DNA of 57,320 nt from a virus (taxonomy: Duplodnaviria; Caudoviricetes): positions 1 through 57,320 of IMG/VR virus record IMGVR_UViG_3300042981_000082, one strand, 5' to 3'. The first letter of the stretch is position 1. Each line of letters starts with the position of its first letter. Under the pieces are notes generated by a model. It did not search any database. It was not told where the DNA came from and was given only the letters and a program-made list of their open reading frames with translations. Below are positions 28,170 to 36,216 of this stretch, in pieces. Position numbers and translations under genes: made by a program.

Positions 28170-28897
28170 GCATCGAGGCAATGAGATGGGTCTGGGAGAA
28201 CACGACCTATACGGGTAACAAGCTAAATACTCTCGTTGCGATAGCCAGTTTCCTGGACGCGAGCGGACATGGCTACCCAGGCATCGACAAGATTCGTGAG
28301 CGCTGTCACTTATCGAAGAACACCGTGCTCAAATTCATCGCTGAATACGAGGACGAGGGCGTGCTCAGCAGGGATCGTCGCAACGTGGACAAGGGCTATC
28401 GGACGAGCAATGAATACCACTTGACGAGCCTAAGTCCAAAGTCCAACAAGACTGGACCTAGGCCTAAGTCCAGTTTTGAGCAGCCTAAGTCCAGTTTTGA
28501 GCAGCCTAAGTCCAACATGTTGGACCTACATAGGAAAGTAAGTACAGAAAGTCAGAAAGAAAGTCAGTTAACTACGCGCGAGGGATTCGATTCTGTCTGG
28601 GATTCATGGCCTCGGAAAGAGAACAAGCGAGCAGCGAAGAAGGCCTTCGAGATCGCGATGGAGAAGTCGCCCGACGAGCGAGCGGTGATCAATCGCATCC
28701 TCGTATTCGGCCAGATCTTCAGCCGTGGCAATCCGAAGTACGTTCCGGGACTGGCCAGGTGGCTGGACGACGAGCGCTGGAACGACGAGCTACCCAGGGA
28801 GAGAGCGCCCCTGAATGACAGCAACATGGACGCCATGGTCCGGCTCAGTGGCTGGATCAACGCAACACCAGGAACGATTGGAGGGATCACATCATGA
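28166..28897 (+). CDS. Phage replication initiator (N-terminal HTH, lambda O-like organisation)
   Basis: MSIEAMRWVW...LVAIA...GYPGIDKI..RC.LS..TV...; C-terminal FDSVWDSWPRKENKRAAKKAF...WLDDERWNDE. Confidence 0.82.
   Translation: MSIEAMRWVWENTTYTGNKLNTLVAIASFLDASGHGYPGIDKIRERCHLSKNTVLKFIAEYEDEGVLSRDRRNVDKGYRTSNEYHLTSLSPKSNKTGPRPKSSFEQPKSSFEQPKSNMLDLHRKVSTESQKESQLTTREGFDSVWDSWPRKENKRAAKKAFEIAMEKSPDERAVINRILVFGQIFSRGNPKYVPGLARWLDDERWNDELPRERAPLNDSNMDAMVRLSGWINATPGTIGGITS
28428..28567. repeat. Iteron-like repeats, putative origin of replication inside the initiator gene
   Basis: GCCTAAGTCCA at 28428, 28462, 28483, 28504 (last three with 21-bp period); inverted copies TGGACCTA at 28453 and 28521; A-rich AGAAAGTCAG repeats follow. 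Confidence 0.78.
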
Positions 28898-29247
28898 CCA
28901 AGAAAGAAATCGCTGCACTCCTCGGCCTCATCGCCGGGGCTGATGGCCGACAGCCAGATGCACTGATGGCCGAGGCATGGTACGCCGTCCTCGATGGGAT
29001 GGACATCACGTTCCCGCAGGCACGCGAGAAGGTCCTCGCGTTCTACCGTGCCGGACACACCCGGCGCATCCAGATCGGCGACATCACCGCCAAGAAGAAG
29101 ATCACCGAGCAGGACGGCTACAACATCAAGCGCCGGGACCTGTTCGGCGAGCGCCGTCGTTGGCAGGCGGCTCATCCCAACGGCACCGCTGCCGAGTTCG
29201 CCAAGTGGTACGAGGCCACCGACAACCAGATCGAGCCGAAGCCATGA
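28894..29247 (+). CDS. Putative helicase loader/inhibitor
   Basis: EIAALLGLIAGADGR...AEAWYAVL...; lies between initiator and helicase. Confidence 0.6.
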   Translation: MTKKEIAALLGLIAGADGRQPDALMAEAWYAVLDGMDITFPQAREKVLAFYRAGHTRRIQIGDITAKKKITEQDGYNIKRRDLFGERRRWQAAHPNGTAAEFAKWYEATDNQIEPKP

Positions 29248-30452
29248 CCGGGACAGTTGCCGAGCAGCACCTGATCGGTGCGGTGATCCTCGAGCCTCGG
29301 TACTACACAAGTCTGGAGCAGCTGGTCACCGGCGACGACTTCAGCGATGCGCGGATGGGCCAGGTCTACGATCGCATCGGCCAGATGCTGCGCGCCGGAG
29401 AGGTGGTCGATCAGATCACCGTCATTGAGGCCATCGAGTCCCTGGACCTGGTGAACTTCGACTCGACCCAGGTGTTCTCCTGGGCGGATGCATCGGTGGC
29501 TCCATCGGCAGCGGTGGACTACGCCAAGGCCGTACGCCGGGACAAGCTGCGTCGTGCCATGGGCGACGTGGTTCAGGTCATGACCGAGCGCGCAGCATCC
29601 GGCGATAGCCCGTTCGACATCGCCAGCGATTCGATGCGTGCGCTGTCCAGCGTGCTGGAAGGGGCGACCTCGGGGCGCTTGCAACCCAAGCGGTTGCGGG
29701 AGATCCTGGATGAGCCAGACAGCTTCGACTGGATCATCCCCGGCTTGCTGGAACGCCAAGACCGACTGATCCTGACCGGAGGTGAGGGCGTGGGAAAGAC
29801 GACATTTGCACGCCAGATAGTCCTGCTTGCTGCCGCTGGCCTGCACCCGCTACGCTTCGAGCGGATGCATCCCGTCCGCTGCCTGGTTGTCGATGCCGAG
29901 AACACCGAGAGGCAGTGGCGCAGGTACGTTCGCTGGCTTGCGCACGATGCTGCTGAGCAGGGCGTCATTGATCCTCGCGATCACGTGTTCATCCAGGCAG
30001 GATCACGAATCGATATCACCAGTGGCAGCGACCTGGCCGAGATCCATCGGCTCATCGATATCCACAAGCCCGACCTGCTGTACATCGGGCCGCTCTACAA
30101 GCTCGTTCCGAAAGCGATCTATTCGGACGACGACGCCGCACCCCTGATCGTGGCATTGGATTCGCTGCGGGACCGGGGCCTGGCGCTGGTCATGGAAGCA
30201 CACGCTGGCAAGGCCAAAGATCACCACGGCGACAGGTCACTGGAGCCGAGGGGGTCGAGCCAGCTACTGGGCTGGCCGGAGTTCGGATTGGGACTCCGGC
30301 AAGACGAGGACGACCCCAAGCGGGTTGACGTTGTGCGCTGGCGTGGCGACCGTGAGGCCGACCGCGAATGGCCCACGGCGATGTACCACGGCAAGACCTT
30401 CCCCTGGATCGATTCGTCGATCCGAAATCAGAACGGAGAACCTGATGAGTGA
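29244..30452 (+). CDS. DnaB-like replicative helicase (DnaB N-terminal domain plus RecA-type ATPase)
   Basis: AEQHLIGAVIL...GDDF; Walker A GGEGVGKT; VVDAEN; HAGK; PRGSS. Confidence 0.88.
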   Translation: MTGTVAEQHLIGAVILEPRYYTSLEQLVTGDDFSDARMGQVYDRIGQMLRAGEVVDQITVIEAIESLDLVNFDSTQVFSWADASVAPSAAVDYAKAVRRDKLRRAMGDVVQVMTERAASGDSPFDIASDSMRALSSVLEGATSGRLQPKRLREILDEPDSFDWIIPGLLERQDRLILTGGEGVGKTTFARQIVLLAAAGLHPLRFERMHPVRCLVVDAENTERQWRRYVRWLAHDAAEQGVIDPRDHVFIQAGSRIDITSGSDLAEIHRLIDIHKPDLLYIGPLYKLVPKAIYSDDDAAPLIVALDSLRDRGLALVMEAHAGKAKDHHGDRSLEPRGSSQLLGWPEFGLGLRQDEDDPKRVDVVRWRGDREADREWPTAMYHGKTFPWIDSSIRNQNGEPDE

Positions 30453-30933
30453 CAGCACGGACGACGAGAGGCTCGGGCAGGACCATGCCGGAGCGCTGCT
30501 TCTGCAGTACATCTTCAACGAGGCGCACCGGTCCACGGGCCTGACCGGCAGCCTGTTCTCGCTGGCGATGCCGGAGATGGACGACCACGCCATGCACGTG
30601 TTCACCTACTCGGCGCTCATGACGTTCGGCGAATCCTTCCGTGAGCTTGCCAGGGATAACGGCACCATCGTGGGCCGCGATCCGAGCAAGGGCCAGGCGA
30701 TGCCGACGTTCACCGTCGCAGCCCCGGGCGAGATCCCGGAGCCGGTTCGCCTGATGACGCAGATGATGAATTGCGCGGTGGTCGAGGACGCCGACATGGC
30801 GCACGACATCCTGGAGGTCTGGGAGTCCCGGTTCAGCTGGATGGATCGACGGCAGTCCGTGGTGTTCCTGGTCAACCAGTTCCACGAGATATATCACGGC
30901 AGGCTCACGGTGATCTTCAAGGACAAGCCGTGA
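30445..30933 (+). CDS. Hypothetical protein
   Basis: GGAG RBS, 162 aa. Confidence 0.65.
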   Translation: MSDSTDDERLGQDHAGALLLQYIFNEAHRSTGLTGSLFSLAMPEMDDHAMHVFTYSALMTFGESFRELARDNGTIVGRDPSKGQAMPTFTVAAPGEIPEPVRLMTQMMNCAVVEDADMAHDILEVWESRFSWMDRRQSVVFLVNQFHEIYHGRLTVIFKDKP

Positions 30934-31235
30934 ATGTCCCGGTGCTCGTCCAGGTATCTGGATGGACGGTCAGCATCTGCGTCCTGGCCCGTACCCCCGA
31001 TGGCGTGGCGCTCATGGCGAAGAACACCTACCGACCGATGGGCCACGTCAAGCGCTCGGCACGCCGGGGGGATCACGGCTTTGCGATCACGGTCTGGGAA
31101 TGGACCGACGAGCGCGGCGCTCGTGGCATCGGCAAGACCAAGGCTGACGCGATAGCCAAGATGCTGCACCATGGCGGCTACGTCGAGGTGGACATCAACG
31201 CCACCATCCCAGATCTGTTGGCCGGTCTGGAGTAA
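30930..31235 (+). CDS. Hypothetical protein
   Basis: GTGA-coupled ORF. Confidence 0.6.
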   Translation: MNVPVLVQVSGWTVSICVLARTPDGVALMAKNTYRPMGHVKRSARRGDHGFAITVWEWTDERGARGIGKTKADAIAKMLHHGGYVEVDINATIPDLLAGLE

Positions 31236-31317
31236 TCAATCGTCCCGCTGGGGCTGCACCGTGCAGCCGCCTTCGGGATTGCAAGAAATCAGCACCACCG
31301 AATCGAAGGGAAAAATC

Positions 31318-32472
31318 ATGAACATCAAGAGAATCGCTGCGGGGCTCGGCACCGTGGCACTGATCGCGGCAGGGGCGGTGATCGGGTTTGCTGCGCCTGC
31401 TAGTGCACACACGGCGAGCCTCACCGGCTCGGCTGAGTGCGGCGACGATGGCTCGGCGACGATCACCTGGTCGTTGACCAACGACTGGGATCTGTTCGCT
31501 ACCATCACCGACAGCACGCTGGCCGGTGACCTCCGCGCCAACCAGACGCTGGGCGCACACGCCACCAAGACGGCCACCCAGGTCGTGGCCCCTCCGGCTG
31601 CTGGCGCGATCGTTGCCGCCAACGTGTCGGTCAAGTGGTCGGATGGCGTGACGGCGACCTACCAGAACCAGGTCACGATCAGCGACGACTGCGTTGTGCC
31701 ACCGCCTGCCGAGCCGAACCCGGCTGCCAGCATCGACACGACCTGTGGCGCCGCAACCGTGACGGCTACCAACGAACTGGGCGATGCACTGGACCGGCTG
31801 ACCGCAAGCCTTGTGGTCTACGTCGATGGCACAGCAACGCTGTTCCCGACAGTGCCAGCCGGTCAGAGCTACACCTCGGACCCGATCACCTTCGGCGAGG
31901 ACAGCGGCGATCACACGGTGACGGTACGAACCGGGCCAGCGTTCGGCGATGTCGAACTGACAACGGCAACGGTGTCCAGCGACTGCACGGTGCCGGTCAC
32001 CCCGATCATCCCGCTGGATGCCACGGCAACCGTCGCGACGACGGATGCCACGTGTGACGCCGATGGCACGGTGAGCTTCGATCAGGTCAATGCAACCTGG
32101 TCCGACGCTCAGCGTGGCGAGGATGGCGTGTTCAGCCGGATCGCCACCGCCGACGATGGACACCTGTTCAACGCCGGGGATGGCGTCAGCGACGACCAGA
32201 CCACCAAGACGGTGACGTACTCGATCCAGCCTCAGCTGACCGGGGACGACTGCGCAGCCGTGGTCACCCCGCCGACGAGCACGCCGACGACGACTCCGGT
32301 TGCCACGGTGAACGACACGCCGGTTGCCCTGGAGACCCAGAGCGCTGGCCTGGCCGACACGGGATCGAACATCGACGGTGCAATCTGGGTTGCCGGAGGT
32401 GGGCTGGCCGCTGGTCTGCTCATCCTCAGCCTGGTGTTCTGGTCGCGTCGTCGCCAGATCAACCAGCAGTAA
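31318..32472 (+). CDS. Secreted cell-wall-anchored protein with LAxTG sortase signal
   Basis: Signal peptide MNIKR...AAPASA; Thr/Asp-rich beta domains with paired Cys; P/T linker; LADTG, TM helix and RRRQ tail. Confidence 0.85.
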   Translation: MNIKRIAAGLGTVALIAAGAVIGFAAPASAHTASLTGSAECGDDGSATITWSLTNDWDLFATITDSTLAGDLRANQTLGAHATKTATQVVAPPAAGAIVAANVSVKWSDGVTATYQNQVTISDDCVVPPPAEPNPAASIDTTCGAATVTATNELGDALDRLTASLVVYVDGTATLFPTVPAGQSYTSDPITFGEDSGDHTVTVRTGPAFGDVELTTATVSSDCTVPVTPIIPLDATATVATTDATCDADGTVSFDQVNATWSDAQRGEDGVFSRIATADDGHLFNAGDGVSDDQTTKTVTYSIQPQLTGDDCAAVVTPPTSTPTTTPVATVNDTPVALETQSAGLADTGSNIDGAIWVAGGGLAAGLLILSLVFWSRRRQINQQ

Positions 32473-32484
32473 CAATCGACAGAA

Positions 32485-32522
32485 CGGCCCGGCCTCTAGT
32501 GTGCACCAGTGAGGCCGGGCCG
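32485..32522 (+). terminator. Stem-loop after the surface protein gene
   Basis: cggcccggcctc/gaggccgggccg. Confidence 0.6.
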
Positions 32523-32546
32523 CTCACCCGAATGGCAGGAAATACC

Positions 32547-32774
32547 ATGCCCAAGAAGTCTCGCACACTTGACAAGCAGAAGCTCGTACAGCACCTGGAA
32601 CACAAGCGCGAGCACTCCAACCTGCTTGTCTACGCAGTGCTGGAGGGACTGCGCACGGCCATCGTGCGTGGTGATTTTGACATCGCCGACGAAGAGGAAG
32701 AAGTAGATGACGGAGACGCTGTTCCTACCACCACACTGCCGGGGCTGCGGCAGGACACCGAACGAGACAGGTGA
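32547..32774 (+). CDS. Hypothetical protein
   Basis: AGGA RBS; MPKKSRTLDK... Confidence 0.55.
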   Translation: MPKKSRTLDKQKLVQHLEHKREHSNLLVYAVLEGLRTAIVRGDFDIADEEEEVDDGDAVPTTTLPGLRQDTERDR

Positions 32775-32928
32775 CTACGACCTGGAGGAGATCGGCATCG
32801 ACGACATCGACGCCAATCACGCCATGGTCAAGTACCGGCTCGATGGCACCTACAACCCGGATACAAACCGGTTCTGGTGTGATCGTTGCTACATCCAGGC
32901 GAGTCAGCCACTGGGGCTGGCTCCGTGA
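32707..32928 (+). CDS. Small zinc-finger-like protein
   Basis: CRGC...GTYNP..NRFWCDRC. Confidence 0.65.
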   Translation: MTETLFLPPHCRGCGRTPNETGDYDLEEIGIDDIDANHAMVKYRLDGTYNPDTNRFWCDRCYIQASQPLGLAP

Positions 32929-32945
32929 AAAAGGAGAGCAAGGAA

Positions 32946-33359
32946 ATGAAGAAGAAGGATCGGATCGAACAGCTGGAGAGCCTCACCCGTGGACTGCGAG
33001 CACGGGTGGTCAACTACAACAGCCTCATCGATAGCAACAAGTACCTCATCGAGGCGACCACCGCAGAGTTGCGCAAGGCCGAGCGTGAACTGGCCGAGCT
33101 ACATCGCCCGAAGGAACCAAAGCCGGGATCTGTCATCACGTTCTCGCGGACCTATGTCGGGTCTAGGACGACCTACGAGTATGCGGCGCTTCGAGTCGGC
33201 GACACCTGGTACATCACCGGCGCCACGTGCCCTCGGAACGGCTTCACCTGGGGAGCGTTGCTGCAATTCATCAGCGGCAAGAACTTCGGCGCGAACCTGC
33301 TCAGACACAGTGACATCGTGGTGGTCAAGACCGGCAAGGTCATCGAGGTTCCACGGTGA
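32946..33359 (+). CDS. Hypothetical protein
   Basis: Coiled coil then PGSVITF...YEYAALRVGDTWYITG. Confidence 0.7.
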   Translation: MKKKDRIEQLESLTRGLRARVVNYNSLIDSNKYLIEATTAELRKAERELAELHRPKEPKPGSVITFSRTYVGSRTTYEYAALRVGDTWYITGATCPRNGFTWGALLQFISGKNFGANLLRHSDIVVVKTGKVIEVPR

Positions 33360-33700
33360 CCAGGATCAATGGCCGCCACGTGGTGCAGATGGTCGGTGAC
33401 GACAAGCTCGTGTTCACCGATGATCACACCGGCGTGGAGGTCGTGATGCCGATGGCCGCTATGGAGGCGATCCTCTCGCTGTGGGCACTCGACGTTGCGC
33501 AGGGCAAGACCTTCAACGTGAAGGCCGGTGCGCACGAGCGCATCACGTTTCAGCCAGACGAGTTCGAGTCGGTCAAGCAGGCCGTCGAGTACTTCATCTG
33601 GATCTCCAGAACACCACTGAGCCAGCGTGGCGAGGTGAGCATCGTGTCATTCGACTCCATCGAGGATGCGATGGACTTCTTGAAAGGACAAGGATCATGA
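33356..33700 (+). CDS. Hypothetical protein
   Basis: GTGA-coupled, 114 aa. Confidence 0.65.
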   Translation: MTRINGRHVVQMVGDDKLVFTDDHTGVEVVMPMAAMEAILSLWALDVAQGKTFNVKAGAHERITFQPDEFESVKQAVEYFIWISRTPLSQRGEVSIVSFDSIEDAMDFLKGQGS

Positions 33701-34245
33701 CAACAACGCCGGTGCTGGACACGCTGACCTCGATGCTGGAAACGGAGGTTGCGCTGGACGCCTGGGATGTTCCGCCCTGGATCGGCATCCTCTTCGAGGA
33801 CAGGGGCAAGGTCTCCAGCAGGCCGTTCCGATTCTCCACGGAGTTCTGGGGGCTGGCCCATCCTGTCGTAGCGGTGGAGACCATCGCCAAGGCCATCGAG
33901 GCCATCGGCCTGCCGGATCATCTCTACGTGCAGAACGACGAGCAGTACGTCGGCGTCATGCTGTTCAACGAGGGGTGGGGCCTGATCTCATCCGGGGATG
34001 ACCCCGACAGCGATGCGAAGAAGAAGGCTGGCGAGGATCACACCATCCATCTGCGTGATGACCGCATCGAGTTGAAGATCATGAGCGCTGTCGCTCGATC
34101 CGGCACGCGCTACATGGTTCAGGTCGCACGCGGCTCGGAGCATCCCGAGGTGTACGAGGCGACCGACAACACGCTTGAGGGTCGCGTGTTCGATGCGCTC
34201 ACGAAGCTGGAAAGGTCTGTGCGCAATGCCCAGGGAGAGCAATAG
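33697..34245 (+). CDS. Hypothetical protein
   Basis: ATGA-coupled, 182 aa. Confidence 0.7.
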   Translation: MTTTPVLDTLTSMLETEVALDAWDVPPWIGILFEDRGKVSSRPFRFSTEFWGLAHPVVAVETIAKAIEAIGLPDHLYVQNDEQYVGVMLFNEGWGLISSGDDPDSDAKKKAGEDHTIHLRDDRIELKIMSAVARSGTRYMVQVARGSEHPEVYEATDNTLEGRVFDALTKLERSVRNAQGEQ

Positions 34246-34540
34246 CCAGCGCGAGCAGCGCGAGTTCCTGGAGTTCATCAGGCGGCAGCAGAAGCAGCAG
34301 GAATTCGAGGCTCAATTCTCGGAGCGCTTCGCCGCCAACCTGGACCGCTACCACCAGGACCCCGAGTTCAAGCACAGGGTCTGGATGCTGCACGAGGTTG
34401 CTGCGCTGGCCAGGTTGCTATGGCCCGAGGTGTTCGGCCAGACCCGTGTCGAGTCGCATGTTGACACCGACATCCCGACGATGATCGCCGTCATGACCGC
34501 GTTGGAGATGGACTTGCTGAGCGACCGCGACAACATCTAA
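34226..34540 (+). CDS. Hypothetical protein
   Basis: GAAAGG RBS, 104 aa. Confidence 0.6.
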   Translation: MPRESNSQREQREFLEFIRRQQKQQEFEAQFSERFAANLDRYHQDPEFKHRVWMLHEVAALARLLWPEVFGQTRVESHVDTDIPTMIAVMTALEMDLLSDRDNI

Positions 34541-34591
34541 ACTAGTTACGTGCCCGTTGATCACGGGCGAGACATTGAGACTGGAGATGAA

Positions 34592-35071
34592 ATGGCACAG
34601 GGCGAAACGCAACTTACGGTGATCGGGAACCTCACCGCCGATGCCGAACTGCGATACACGCAGGCGGGATTGGCCGTGGCGAACTTCACGATCGCATCAA
34701 CGCCCCGCGAATTCGACAAGGCCAGCAACGAGTGGAAAGACGGACAGGCATTGTTCCTCCGGTGCTCCGCTTGGCGCGACCTCGCCGAGAACGTGACCGG
34801 CTCGCTGACGAAGGGATCGCGAGTGATCGCGGTCGGACGCCTCAAGCAGCGCAGCTACGACACCAAGGAAGGCGAACACCGAACCGTCATCGAGATGGAT
34901 GTCGATGAGATCGGGCCATCCTTGCGGTTTGCAACGGTGAGCGTTCAACGCTCGCAGACGAGCCGGACACAGCAGGACAACAGACAGCGCACGCAGACCG
35001 GCACCGATGGTGCCACGCCAGCGGATGATGTCTGGAACGCACCTGGCTACGACGACGAGACTCCGTTCTAG
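34592..35071 (+). CDS. ssb: Single-stranded DNA-binding protein
   Basis: [33 protein letters not shown]...[21 protein letters not shown]; acidic tail DDETPF. Confidence 0.96.
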   Translation: MAQGETQLTVIGNLTADAELRYTQAGLAVANFTIASTPREFDKASNEWKDGQALFLRCSAWRDLAENVTGSLTKGSRVIAVGRLKQRSYDTKEGEHRTVIEMDVDEIGPSLRFATVSVQRSQTSRTQQDNRQRTQTGTDGATPADDVWNAPGYDDETPF

Positions 35072-35089
35072 GTCGCCGCAGTCAGCACC

Positions 35090-35122
35090 GGGCCAGGTCG
35101 TTTTTGGGGTACGACCTGGCCC
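35090..35122 (+). promoter_or_regulatory. 12-bp stem-loop at the 5' boundary of the RAMP-like/array module
   Basis: gggccaggtcgt/acgacctggccc. Confidence 0.6.
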
Positions 35123-35149
35123 ACCACCCCGAAGAAAAGGAAAAGGATC

Positions 35150-35803
35150 ATGGCAGAAACACAGGCAGTTGCACCACGCATCGAGATCGATCGCATCCCG
35201 ATTGAGACAATCCGCGTCCCGTTGATCGGACTCAGCCCGTTGATCGTGCACAACTTCAGCGAGAAGTCCAAGCGCCAGATGCTGGAGGCGCAGCAGGGCA
35301 AGAAGAAGGTCAAGGCCGTACGCGATCCAGAAGCTGAATACCTCGCGGCGTTCTATCGCATCCGCGAGATCGGCGACGAGCAGGATCGCTACGGATTCCC
35401 GGTCACCGCCTTCAAGGCAGCGACCACCGGAGCCGCCAGGTTCTATGACAAGTCCATCAGCATGACCGGCCTGCGTCAGTTCCTGTTCTTCCGTGGCATC
35501 CTCACCGATGCGGACCCACAGCAGCTTGTCGAGATCAACGGCGAGCCTCGGATGCGCGAGGACATCGTGCGGCTCGGCGGGGTGTCCCGCTCGGCTGACC
35601 TGCGCTACCGTCCCGAGTTCATCAACTGGACCGCGACGCTGGATGTGACATACGTGGCATCCTCGATCAGCCAGAATTCGGTGCTGTCGCTGATCGACGC
35701 CGGAGGCCTGGGCATCGGCGTCGGCGAATGGCGACCGGAGAAGCGCGGCGAGTTCGGCACCTACGCCATCGACCAGTCCAGGGCGGTCGAGGTTCTGCCA
35801 TGA
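35150..35803 (+). CDS. RAMP/Cas7-like protein, putative effector of the downstream pentamer array
   Basis: IRVPLIGLSPLIVH (RAMP first strand), YGFPVTAFKAA (cf. iP.sslKGa), RYRPEF..W, and C-terminal Gly-rich loop GGLGIGVGEWRPEKRGEFGTY; the ORF is certain, the fold is inferred. Confidence 0.7.
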   Translation: MAETQAVAPRIEIDRIPIETIRVPLIGLSPLIVHNFSEKSKRQMLEAQQGKKKVKAVRDPEAEYLAAFYRIREIGDEQDRYGFPVTAFKAATTGAARFYDKSISMTGLRQFLFFRGILTDADPQQLVEINGEPRMREDIVRLGGVSRSADLRYRPEFINWTATLDVTYVASSISQNSVLSLIDAGGLGIGVGEWRPEKRGEFGTYAIDQSRAVEVLP

Positions 35804-36216
35804 GCGACCTGCGCGAACACCTCCTGAGCATCCGACGCCAGCACGGAGCGCTCACCCCGCGTGCCGTGCTGGTGGAGGCCGAGCCGGAGGACTCACCGCT
35901 GCATCACCATTTCGAGTGGGACCAGGAGGCGGCGGCGGATGCCTACCGGCTTGAGCAGGCGCGCGAGTTGATCCGTTCCGTGATGGTCGTCTACACCGAC
36001 AGCAAGGCACGCAACCGGAGTGTGCGCGGTTTCGTGAACGTCCAGCAGGCTGGATCTACCGGTCGCGAATACAAGCCCATCGAGGAGGTGGCGCAGGACC
36101 CGTTCGCGCGTCAGCTTGTCCTGCGTGAAGCCGAACGCGACTGGAAGGCACTGCGCTCCAAGTACGGGGACCTCCAGGAATTCATGGATCTCGTGCGCAA
36201 CGATGTCGCAGTCTAG
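35800..36216 (+). CDS. Conserved hypothetical protein coupled to the RAMP-like gene (array-associated accessory)
   Basis: ATGA overlap; G.LTP.AVL..A....SPLH..FEWD...AA..YRL.QAR.LIRSV motif; its stop codon supplies the first G of the array. Confidence 0.75.
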   Translation: MSDLREHLLSIRRQHGALTPRAVLVEAEPEDSPLHHHFEWDQEAAADAYRLEQARELIRSVMVVYTDSKARNRSVRGFVNVQQAGSTGREYKPIEEVAQDPFARQLVLREAERDWKALRSKYGDLQEFMDLVRNDVAV

